Source: Bacteroidota bacterium
GTDB taxonomy: Bacteria; Bacteroidota; Bacteroidia; Flavobacteriales_D; Sanyastnellaceae
Direction: 5' to 3'
NCBI GenBank assembly: GCA_027621555.1
Contig: JAQCBJ010000002.1
Coordinates: 30,796 to 94,795 of the forward strand
DNA length: 64,000 nt
Positions 8,305 through 16,136 of the stretch are shown in pieces; position 1 is the stretch's first letter, and each line of letters begins with the position of its first letter. Under the pieces are notes generated by a model. It was not told where the DNA came from, searched no databases, and worked only from the letters and a program-made list of their open reading frames with translations. The position numbers and the translations under genes are program-made.

Positions 8305-9560
8305 GTTCAACGGCTTACATACGCACGTTTCTCCAACGCAGCGGTCATTGGATGATGGCGGCAAACGTCGTGACGAAGTTGCTGGGTTTTGCGGCCGTGG
8401 TGTTCGTGACTCGACACACGACGGAAGAAGCCTACGGCGCGTATTCCTACGCGATGAATTTGGTGGGTGCGGTGGTGCCATTCATGGGGCTTGGGGCGTA
8501 CCAAGCCTTTCTTCGTTACGCTTCCGATGCGCCGGGTCAGAGGGCGAAGAAGGACCTCTACCGTTATGCCTTTGTGCGAGGCACATTGTTTTCGATGGTC
8601 TTGATTGGAACGCTGCAACTGGCTGCGCCTAGGATCTGCAGCGCCATTCCGGAAAGCGTGGCCTCGTTTAGGGTGGTGGCCTTTGTGGTCTTGACCACGT
8701 TGGTGATGGAATACGTCAAAAGCTACGCGCGTGCCATTCATCTCAACCACGTCTCCGCCAGGGTCGACTTGACTTATGCCGTTTTGCTGGTCGCGTCGAC
8801 CGCGCTGTTCACTCAAGGCTTGGGTATCCTCGGATATGCTTTGGCGGTGACGTTGTCCCCCTTTGTAGCGGCCGCTTCGGTGGCCTGGAAATTGAACATT
8901 CTCCAATTCAAATGGCGAGGCTTGGGAGAAGGCTACGATGGGTTTTGGTCTTACGGGCTGTTCACCACAGCAGGGGCGTTGTTGGCTCAGCTGTTCTACT
9001 CCGTGGATGTGTTCCTCATCGGTCATTTCGTGGGGGAGAAAGCCGCGGCCGTTGCGGTGTATCGCGTGGCGTTGTTGATTCCCATGGCGACGGCGGTTCT
9101 TCCCATTTCCGTGGCGGCGACCGATTTTGTCAAGAATTCAGCCAACAAGCACAACCCGGCGGCATTGAAGGCCTACATGCGTAGCTATTGGAAGACGTTT
9201 GGCGTGTTGTCTTTGCTTTCCCTTAGCGCGTTGGCTTGGTTGGCGCCTTGGTTGCTGCAGGTGTTTGGTGAGGGCTACGTGGAGGGGGCTTCGGTGATGC
9301 GACTGTTCTTGGTGGGGAGCCTCGGGGCACATCTGCTTCGTGTGCCCTATGGCCATTTGCTTTCGGCGGTTGGGCGAGCCGACTGGAACACCTACGTCAA
9401 CGCCTTGGTGTTTGTCCTTGCGGTGATGGCCTGTTTTTGGGCCATTCCTCGCTGGGGTATTCAAGGTGCGGCAGGGGCGATGGCCGCGATGCTTTGGGTC
9501 AGTGGAGCCCTTTACGCGGCGATGTTTAGCCTTTATCTGCGCGGTCAAAGGCAGGATTGA
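8301..9560 (+). CDS. Polysaccharide biosynthesis / Wzx-like flippase (MOP superfamily), multi-pass membrane protein
   Basis: About 12 hydrophobic segments and typical Wzx-like composition. Start taken at GTG 8301, forming a GTGA overlap with the upstream stop; the track start is TTG 8289. Confidence 0.7.
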   Translation: MSSTAYIRTFLQRSGHWMMAANVVTKLLGFAAVVFVTRHTTEEAYGAYSYAMNLVGAVVPFMGLGAYQAFLRYASDAPGQRAKKDLYRYAFVRGTLFSMVLIGTLQLAAPRICSAIPESVASFRVVAFVVLTTLVMEYVKSYARAIHLNHVSARVDLTYAVLLVASTALFTQGLGILGYALAVTLSPFVAAASVAWKLNILQFKWRGLGEGYDGFWSYGLFTTAGALLAQLFYSVDVFLIGHFVGEKAAAVAVYRVALLIPMATAVLPISVAATDFVKNSANKHNPAALKAYMRSYWKTFGVLSLLSLSALAWLAPWLLQVFGEGYVEGASVMRLFLVGSLGAHLLRVPYGHLLSAVGRADWNTYVNALVFVLAVMACFWAIPRWGIQGAAGAMAAMLWVSGALYAAMFSLYLRGQRQD

Positions 9561-11449
9561 CCCACAGCCGTCAAGAGCACGAGCAAATCGGAGATGGCCA
9601 CGCTTTGGTCTCCGTCCAAATCCGCAGTGCACCCATCCGTGCAACCGAGTGAACTCAACAACGGCAAGACATCGGAAGCCCCCACATGACCGTCCAAATC
9701 CAAATCGCCGGTCAACGCATTCAGTTCGACGATGTGAGTGGTGTGGCACAGTTCCACGTCTCCCCAAAGCACCGTCATGGTGATGTCTCCATTCACGACG
9801 ATCCAAGGCAGTTCCTGGTCGTACGGAGCGCCGGTCTCACTGGTCCAGACCACGTCGAACGATTCCGAAGTAGGCACGTTCAATTCCAGCACCGTCGAAT
9901 CCGAACAGACGCTGTGAGAAACCTCGACCTCAGGGCAAAGCGAATGGCCTTCGACGAGCAGGTGAGCCTCCATGGGGTGGATTTCATGCCATTCTGGATC
10001 AAAGGTTTCTGTCAAACCGGAAGGCCAATGAACCACCACCGATTCCAACGCTTGTCCAGCCAGCCCAAACAACTCCACTTCGTTTTCTTGGCTCAAGTAA
10101 TTCTCGCCTGCGTGAGTGAATCTGGACTGGGTCAAGCCGTCTGACGTTGTCAGTTCGATGCGGCTTCCCACGGCTGGGCGGTTGCTCAAGGTGCCTTGAA
10201 GCGCGATCCCTACACTTTCAAACCCATTCTCAAACCCACCGTTCAACCACAAGCGAAGGGCGTGGTTGCCAATGTTGTGCATGACGAAGTCCACCCATCC
10301 ATTTCCGTCGAAATCGGCGGAAGCGACGACGTGGGAGTTCAAGTAGTCCGTGTTGTACACCTCCGTGCCGAAGGGCTCAAAATCGTAATTGGAGGCCGGC
10401 CCTCGGTTTTCGTAAAGGTAGTTTTCGCCGTAGGGCTCGAGGAAGTTGTGTTCCGCCACGAAGAGATCCAAGTCGGCGTCGTTGTCCACGTCCATCCACA
10501 AAGCGCCCCAGCAGTAGCGGTCCAGGTCCAAGTCGTGAACTTGGGAGGCCTCTTGAAACGTGCCGGTGGGGGAGCCTACAAGGAGTTTGGACCCCAAGCC
10601 ATCCCCACCGAAGGGGGTGTTGGTCATGAACAAATCTTGATGCGTGTCTTGGTTGAAGTCGCCGAGGGTGGTGGACATGCAGTCCATGATCAAGTCCGCT
10701 CCGAAGTCAGCGGCCACATCTAGGAATGTGCCATCGCCTTGGTTTTGGAAGAGGGCGTTGGCGCCGCTTTTGTCGTTGATGACAAAGATGTCCTGCCACC
10801 CGTCGCCGTTGTGGTCCCACCAAAGGCTTTGGAAGCTCAGGCGCAGGTGCACATCCAACCCCGCCTCGCTCGTGACGTTGGTGAATGTCAGCCCTCCTTC
10901 GTTTCGCATCAGCACATTGCGGTCGGTGGGTCCACCGTTGAGGGGGTATTCGAGGTACCTGCAAAGGTGCAAATCGAGGTCTCCGTCGTTGTCCATGTCC
11001 CCAAACGACACACCGGCCGCCTCGGTCTCGTCCTGTGGAAGCTGCGAATCCTCGGTGACGTTGGTGAACGCGTTGTTTCCGTCGTTTCGAAGAAGACCAC
11101 ATCGGCCTGAATCTTCTTGGATGAACAGGTCGTCGTCGCCGTCGTTGTCCAAGTCAATCCAAACCAGTGCTTTGACCTCGCTTTGCATGAGCCAGGGAAG
11201 CGGAAGCACGCTGAAACTCGATCCTTGCTGGTTGACGAAAGTTCTCAGGGCTCCGTCTGTGGTGCCGCAAGTGATGTCAGGCCATCCGTCGTCGTTCCAG
11301 TCCGCCGTGCTTACGGCGGCTCCGTAGATGCCGTCCCAATCGTATTGAACGATTCCCCAACTGGAAGCGACGTTTTGGAACACTTGTCCAAAAGCTTCCT
11401 CTGCGGGCAACAAGGCCAACGTAAGCCACAAAAAGGAACGGATGCTCAC
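9545..11449 (-). CDS. Secreted FG-GAP/VCBS-repeat protein with an ASPIC/UnbV-like region (CRTAC1 family) and a double dockerin-like C-terminus
   Basis: Signal peptide MSIRSFLWLTLALLPAEEAFGQ. Repeated DxDxDGxxD loops (DWNDDGWPD, DLDNDGDDD, DMDNDGDLD, DHNGDGWQD, DVDNDADLD, DFDGNGWVD). ...GENYLSQ... UnbV-like segment. Confidence 0.8.
   Translation of the reverse strand: MSIRSFLWLTLALLPAEEAFGQVFQNVASSWGIVQYDWDGIYGAAVSTADWNDDGWPDITCGTTDGALRTFVNQQGSSFSVLPLPWLMQSEVKALVWIDLDNDGDDDLFIQEDSGRCGLLRNDGNNAFTNVTEDSQLPQDETEAAGVSFGDMDNDGDLDLHLCRYLEYPLNGGPTDRNVLMRNEGGLTFTNVTSEAGLDVHLRLSFQSLWWDHNGDGWQDIFVINDKSGANALFQNQGDGTFLDVAADFGADLIMDCMSTTLGDFNQDTHQDLFMTNTPFGGDGLGSKLLVGSPTGTFQEASQVHDLDLDRYCWGALWMDVDNDADLDLFVAEHNFLEPYGENYLYENRGPASNYDFEPFGTEVYNTDYLNSHVVASADFDGNGWVDFVMHNIGNHALRLWLNGGFENGFESVGIALQGTLSNRPAVGSRIELTTSDGLTQSRFTHAGENYLSQENEVELFGLAGQALESVVVHWPSGLTETFDPEWHEIHPMEAHLLVEGHSLCPEVEVSHSVCSDSTVLELNVPTSESFDVVWTSETGAPYDQELPWIVVNGDITMTVLWGDVELCHTTHIVELNALTGDLDLDGHVGASDVLPLLSSLGCTDGCTADLDGDQSVAISDLLVLLTAVGQSCL
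9548..9709 (-). other. Two tandem dockerin-like Ca-loop motifs (GDLDLDGHVGASDVLPLLSSLGC / CTADLDGDQSVAISDLLVLLTAVGQSC)
   Basis: Read from the C-terminal 54 aa of the CRTAC1-like protein. Confidence 0.55.
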
Positions 11450-11458
11450 TCGTTCAAG

Positions 11459-11752
11459 TTAAGGATTCAACTCGACAGTCAAGTCTTTTTCCGTCAGGGA
11501 TTTGTGAATGGGGACCAGGTCGTCGTAGCTCCCGCTCTTCACCGTGCATTTCCCTTTGAAGTGAACAATCATCGCGCATTGCTCCGCTTGGAGGGCGTCG
11601 TGTCCGCACGTGGAAATCAGGCATTCAATGACGTGATCAAACGTGTTGTGGTTGTCGTTGAACAACACCACATGCCACTCGTCGTCCAGCAAGACGTCGG
11701 TGAGGATATCTTCCTGAGTTTCAATTTCTGTGGCGTTGTGAAAGGGGGGCAT
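11459..11752 (-). CDS. clpS: ATP-dependent Clp protease adaptor ClpS
   Basis: VVLFNDNHNTFDHVIECL...AEQCAMIVHFKGKC ClpS core. Start taken at ATG 11752 because the track TTG start (11776) lies inside the TATCTTTG box. Confidence 0.85.
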   Translation of the reverse strand: MPPFHNATEIETQEDILTDVLLDDEWHVVLFNDNHNTFDHVIECLISTCGHDALQAEQCAMIVHFKGKCTVKSGSYDDLVPIHKSLTEKDLTVELNP

Positions 11753-11773
11753 CACTGGGGACTGTTCGTGGCG

Positions 11774-11781
11774 CAAAGATA
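11774..11781 (-). promoter_or_regulatory. -7 box TATCTTTG, 21 nt upstream of the clpS ATG
   Basis: The minus strand reads caccTATCTTTGcgcc... Confidence 0.45.
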
Positions 11782-11875
11782 GGTGGTCATGCTTCCGAGA
11801 AGGGGCTTCGTGCCCCAGGCGGTCGGAATTCGAACTTTAGCAGTAGAACGATGTTCTTCTAGTATCCAAAACTCT

Positions 11876-12610
11876 ATGAAAAAGAACACCATCCTCATCG
11901 TCGGTCTCGGAGTCCCGAGCGAATTGACCGACTCTTTGGTCCGCGAAGGTTGCGACATCCTGCGTGCCGAGGCTCCTCTCCAAGCGGCCATCACTTTGCT
12001 GCGAGGCGATGCGGACGTGGTGTTGTCCGTGGGTGATCTTGACGAACAATGGAGTGAATTCACAGACGTTGCACTTGCTAGCGGCAAACTGGTCGCCGTG
12101 GAATCGCTGGTGACGTTGCCGGTAGCATTGGTGTCTCGATCAAGTGGCAACGGAAATGGCAACGGAAATGGAAACGGCCACTCCAACGGGAACGGCCACT
12201 CATATGGCTACGGTGACCCCGGAGATGCTGGCCTTTCAGTTACGGAGGTTGTGGAATTGGTCAACCGTCGGATGATGGAGCCCTCTGGGGCGTTGGACCA
12301 CATTTACACCAAAGTGGGAAACAAGCTTCGCAAAGTGCCGCTGGACGACATTCTGTACATTGAGGTCGAAGGGAAGTACAGCGCACTTCAGGTCAAAGAC
12401 CGGAAGTACAATGTCAAGGCCTCACTCAAAGATCTGCTCCAGAAACTTCCTGCAGATCGCTTTGTTCGGGTGAGCCGAAACTTCGTGGTCAACCTGAATC
12501 GCATCCAGCACATCGACACCTTCCAATACACGGTGAAAGTCGGTGAGATGGAAATTCCCATCAGCCGTACCTACAAAGAAGAGTTGATGCGTCACATCAA
12601 CCTCATTTGA
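11876..12610 (+). CDS. LytTR-family DNA-binding regulator with a degenerate receiver-like N-domain and a Gly-Asn repeat linker
   Basis: C-terminal LytTR domain (LRKVPLDDILYIEVEGKYSALQV...FVRVSRNFVVNLNRIQHID). The N-domain MKKNTILIVGLG... lacks the acidic pocket. Start taken at ATG 11876. Confidence 0.8.
   Translation: MKKNTILIVGLGVPSELTDSLVREGCDILRAEAPLQAAITLLRGDADVVLSVGDLDEQWSEFTDVALASGKLVAVESLVTLPVALVSRSSGNGNGNGNGNGHSNGNGHSYGYGDPGDAGLSVTEVVELVNRRMMEPSGALDHIYTKVGNKLRKVPLDDILYIEVEGKYSALQVKDRKYNVKASLKDLLQKLPADRFVRVSRNFVVNLNRIQHIDTFQYTVKVGEMEIPISRTYKEELMRHINLI
12146..12202 (+). repeat. In-frame tandem repeat: ggcaacggaaat x2 followed by degenerate copies, encoding GNGNGNGNGHSNGNGHS
   Basis: Read directly: ggcaacggaaatggcaacggaaatggaaacggccactccaacgggaacggccactca. 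Confidence 0.85.
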
Positions 12611-12614
12611 TCCG

Positions 12615-12956
12615 TCAAGCTTCAGGGAAGGCAAACGCGACGCGTCGGAGGACGCGGGGCGTTTGGGGCGCAGGAATGGTCCACTCTCTTTGAATGAGTA
12701 GCCATTGGCCCCCGATGAATGTGAGGTGCCACTGGCCAGAGTGTTTGTCCCACGTCACGACGTCTCCTTCAAAGAGCCATTGGTTGTTCACGTCCCGGCA
12801 GGACATCCCGCGGTCTTTGTCCGTGTAGTCCAGGCGCTGACCTCGCCACCACAGCCCGTCTGGGCTGCTCCACACGCGGCCCGAAATGTGGCGCTCGTAG
12901 CCCACGATGTGCCGGCCGTTGCGCAAGCGCCACCGAACTTCGTTCTGCGTGTCCAT
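12615..12956 (-). CDS. Hypothetical 113-aa Trp-rich protein
   Basis: It is the only ORF filling the gap between the LytTR gene and glnS. The start is preceded by CACCTTCC-N4-ATG. I recognised no family. Confidence 0.5.
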   Translation of the reverse strand: MDTQNEVRWRLRNGRHIVGYERHISGRVWSSPDGLWWRGQRLDYTDKDRGMSCRDVNNQWLFEGDVVTWDKHSGQWHLTFIGGQWLLIQREWTIPAPQTPRVLRRVAFAFPEA

Positions 12957-12960
12957 GTGG

Positions 12961-12968
12961 GGAAGGTG
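12961..12968 (-). promoter_or_regulatory. -7-like box CACCTTCC, 4 nt upstream of ATG 12956
   Basis: The minus strand reads CACCTTCC-ccac-ATG. Confidence 0.3.
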
Positions 12969-12973
12969 CGCCG

Positions 12974-12981
12974 TAATTTTG
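12974..12981 (+). promoter_or_regulatory. -7 box TAATTTTG, 4 nt upstream of the glnS ATG (predicted leaderless)
   Basis: Reads TAATTTTG-ggtc-ATG(12986). Confidence 0.5.
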
Positions 12982-12985
12982 GGTC

Positions 12986-14689
12986 ATGGATTCAGCCACA
13001 CCTGACATGCCCGTTGAGGGGAACGAAGAAGGCAAAACGCGCCGTCATTTCATCCAGCAGATCATCGACGCCGACCGTGAGGAGGGACTGCACGGAGGCC
13101 GCGTGCACACGCGGTTCCCGCCTGAGCCCAACGGTTATCTCCACATCGGTCACGCGAAGGCGATTTGCGTGAATTTTGGGTTGGCGGCGGAGTATGGCGG
13201 CACAGTAAACCTGCGGTTTGACGACACGAATCCGGTCAAGGAAGACACCGAATACGTCGACGCGATCCGCGAGGACATTGCGTGGCTTGGGTTCGAGTGG
13301 AATGGAGGCGAGCACTACACGAGCGATTACTTCGAGACGCTGTACGGCTATGCGGTCAAGCTGATTGAAGACGGCAAGGCGTATGTGGATGAGCAGTCAG
13401 CGGAGGACATCGCCGCTCAAAAGGGCACCCCAACCTCGCCAGGCACGGCCAGCCCGTTTCGCGATCGGCCCGTCGAAGAAAACCTCCGCTTGTTCGCGGA
13501 GATGCGAGAGGGAAAGCACGAAGAGGGGAGCATGGTCCTGAGGGCCAAGATTGACATGGCACACGCCAACATGCACATGCGCGACCCATTCATGTACCGC
13601 ATCAAGTTCGCGCACCACCACCGCACGGGAGACGCCTGGTGCATCTATCCCATGTACGATTTTGCCCACGGTCAATCGGACAGCTTGGAAGGCATCACGC
13701 ACAGCTTGTGCTCACTGGAATTCGAGAATCACCGCCCCCTTTACGATTGGTACATCGAGAACCTCGGCATTTTCCCGTCCAAACAGCGGGAATTCGCTCG
13801 ACTCAATTTGAACTACACCATCATGTCCAAGCGCAAATTGCTGCGCCTTGTGGAGGAGGGTGTCGTGGACGGTTGGGACGATCCGCGCATGCCCACCTTG
13901 AGCGGGCTGCGTCGTCGGGGATATACTCCGGAGAGCATCCGTGAATTCTGCGACCGCGTGGGTGTGGCCAAACGCAACAACGTCATTGACGTGGGGCTTT
14001 TGGAGTTTGCCTTGCGCAACCACCTCAACGCCACAGCGACCCGTGCCATGGCGGTGCTTCGTCCCATCAAACTCGTTGTGACCAATTACCCGGAAGGCCA
14101 AACCGAATGGTTGCCCACCGAAAACAACCCTGAGGATGCGTCTGCCGGCACGCGTGAATTGCCGTTCAGCCGGGAACTCTACATCGAGGCCGACGACTTC
14201 ATAGTGGAGGGCGTCAACAAGAAGTGGTTCCGACTTGCGCCTGGCCGTTCGGTGCGATTGAAGTCAGCTTACATCGTCACTTACGTGGATCACGTCACTG
14301 ACGCGTCAGGCAACGTTACCGAGGTTCACGTCGAATACCACCCCAACAGCAAAAGCGGTTCGGACACCAGCGGCATCAAGGCGAAGGGTACCCTGCATTG
14401 GGTGGAGTGCAACCATGCGGCAGACGCGGAAGTGCGTCTTTACGACCGGTTGTTTTCCAATGAGAACCCCGACGGCCACAAGGACCGCGACTTCATGGAA
14501 TTCTTGAATCCAGAATCTTTGGAAGTGCTCACGAATTGCAAGGTGGAACCCGTCCTCGCAGACGCTCAAGTGGGAACGCCTTGGCAGTTCACGCGTTTGG
14601 GCTATTTCACGGCCGACAGCAAGTGGGCCAAAGAGGGGAAGTTGGTCTTCAACCGAGCTGTCACCCTTAAGGACGGCTGGAAAGGGTAA
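12986..14689 (+). CDS. glnS: Glutamine--tRNA ligase
   Basis: RFPPEPNGYLHIGHAKA (HIGH) and TIMSKRK (KMSKS), with GlnRS-like body throughout. Confidence 0.95.
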   Translation: MDSATPDMPVEGNEEGKTRRHFIQQIIDADREEGLHGGRVHTRFPPEPNGYLHIGHAKAICVNFGLAAEYGGTVNLRFDDTNPVKEDTEYVDAIREDIAWLGFEWNGGEHYTSDYFETLYGYAVKLIEDGKAYVDEQSAEDIAAQKGTPTSPGTASPFRDRPVEENLRLFAEMREGKHEEGSMVLRAKIDMAHANMHMRDPFMYRIKFAHHHRTGDAWCIYPMYDFAHGQSDSLEGITHSLCSLEFENHRPLYDWYIENLGIFPSKQREFARLNLNYTIMSKRKLLRLVEEGVVDGWDDPRMPTLSGLRRRGYTPESIREFCDRVGVAKRNNVIDVGLLEFALRNHLNATATRAMAVLRPIKLVVTNYPEGQTEWLPTENNPEDASAGTRELPFSRELYIEADDFIVEGVNKKWFRLAPGRSVRLKSAYIVTYVDHVTDASGNVTEVHVEYHPNSKSGSDTSGIKAKGTLHWVECNHAADAEVRLYDRLFSNENPDGHKDRDFMEFLNPESLEVLTNCKVEPVLADAQVGTPWQFTRLGYFTADSKWAKEGKLVFNRAVTLKDGWKG

Positions 14690-16085
14690 GGCCCATCTCT
14701 GCGCCAAGTTTGAGCATCAGCGCCTTGGCTTCGACCACGTCGTTGCGGATGTCCCCGTCGAGAATGGCTTCTTTGATGGCGTTTTTGATGTCGCCCACGG
14801 GCCGTGAAGGGGGAATGCCAAACGTCTCCATGATTTCCTCCCCAGAAACGGGGGGCTGGAAGTTTCGAATGTGGTCTTTCGCCTCGACTTCCTTGAGCTT
14901 CTCGACCACCACGTCGTAGTTGCGCAGGTAGCGTTCAACCTTGGCCTCGTTTTTTGAGGTGATGTCCGCGCGGCAGAGGATCATCAGATCGTCGATGTCG
15001 TCGCCGGCCTCAAACAAGAGGCGGCGAATGGCGCTGTCCGTCACCACATCTTTGGTCAAGGCGATGGGACGGAGGTGAAGCAGCACAAGCTTTTGCACGT
15101 ACTTCATCTTGGCGTCCATCGGCAGCTTGATGCGCGCAAAGATTTTGGGAACCATCCGTGCCCCACGGTCCTCGTGACCGTGGAATGTCCAACCTACTTT
15201 GGGATCAAAACGCTTGGTGGGCGGTTTGGCGATGTCGTGCAAAATGGCGGCCCACCGAAGCCAAAGGCAGTCGCTGTGTTCCGCCACGTTGTCCAGCACC
15301 TCCAAGGTGTGGTAGAAATTGTCCTTGTGACCAATGCCTTTGCGCCATTCCACACCCTGAAGAGCGGCCATCTCTGGGAAGAACTGGTGGAGGAGCTTGG
15401 TCTTGAACAAGAGTTTGAATCCCCGCGAAGGACGGGGAGAGAGGATGATCTTGTTCAGTTCAGTGTGGATCCGTTCCGCCGAAATGATTTCGAGCCTCTT
15501 TGCGTTCCGTCGAATGGCCTCGAGGCTACCTTCTTCGATTCGGAACCCAAGCTGAGAGGCGAATCGGACGGCACGCATCATGCGCAACGGGTCGTCGCTG
15601 TAGGTGATGTCTGGGTCGAGAGGCGTGCGAATCCATTTGCGGTCCAAGTCGTCCAGTCCGCCGAACGGGTCCACCAACTTGCCAAACGTCGTCGCATTCA
15701 GGCTGATGGCCATGGCGTTGATTGTGAAGTCGCGTCGGTTTTGGTCGTCTTCAAGCGTGCCGTCTTCGACGACGGGCTTTCGGCTGCCCCGGGTGTAGCT
15801 CTCTTTGCGGGCGCCGACAAACTCAATCTCGTAGTCACGAGCGCGGAACATGGCCGTCCCAAAATTCTTAAACACGTGCACCTGCTTGATGCCCATGCGC
15901 GCCGCCGTGGCGCGGGCCAATTCAATGCCGCTGCCTTCGGTCACGATGTCGATGTCTTTGCAAGGGCGATCCAGAAGCAAGTCTCGCACGTAGCCGCCAA
16001 TGACAAACGCACGTTGGCCACGCTCGTCGGCCAATTCGCCGACGCGTTTGAACACAGGGTGAGTAAGGTGTGAAGCCAGGTTCAT
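14667..16085 (-). CDS. cca: CCA-adding tRNA nucleotidyltransferase with HD domain
   Basis: GGYVRDLLL..KDIDIV nucleotidyltransferase motif, RDFTINA, and HD region (HDIAKP). Start taken at ATG 16085 because the track TTG 16100 lies inside the TACCTTTG box. Confidence 0.85.
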   Translation of the reverse strand: MNLASHLTHPVFKRVGELADERGQRAFVIGGYVRDLLLDRPCKDIDIVTEGSGIELARATAARMGIKQVHVFKNFGTAMFRARDYEIEFVGARKESYTRGSRKPVVEDGTLEDDQNRRDFTINAMAISLNATTFGKLVDPFGGLDDLDRKWIRTPLDPDITYSDDPLRMMRAVRFASQLGFRIEEGSLEAIRRNAKRLEIISAERIHTELNKIILSPRPSRGFKLLFKTKLLHQFFPEMAALQGVEWRKGIGHKDNFYHTLEVLDNVAEHSDCLWLRWAAILHDIAKPPTKRFDPKVGWTFHGHEDRGARMVPKIFARIKLPMDAKMKYVQKLVLLHLRPIALTKDVVTDSAIRRLLFEAGDDIDDLMILCRADITSKNEAKVERYLRNYDVVVEKLKEVEAKDHIRNFQPPVSGEEIMETFGIPPSRPVGDIKNAIKEAILDGDIRNDVVEAKALMLKLGAEMGLTLSSRP

Positions 16086-16097
16086 GAGAAGACAGTG

Positions 16098-16105
16098 CAA
16101 AGGTA
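16098..16105 (-). promoter_or_regulatory. -7 box TACCTTTG, 12 nt upstream of the cca ATG
   Basis: The minus strand reads cagcgTACCTTTGcactgtcttctcATG. Confidence 0.45.
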
Positions 16106-16136
16106 CGCTGAGGCCGTCACCCTCGGCGGCGAGTTG

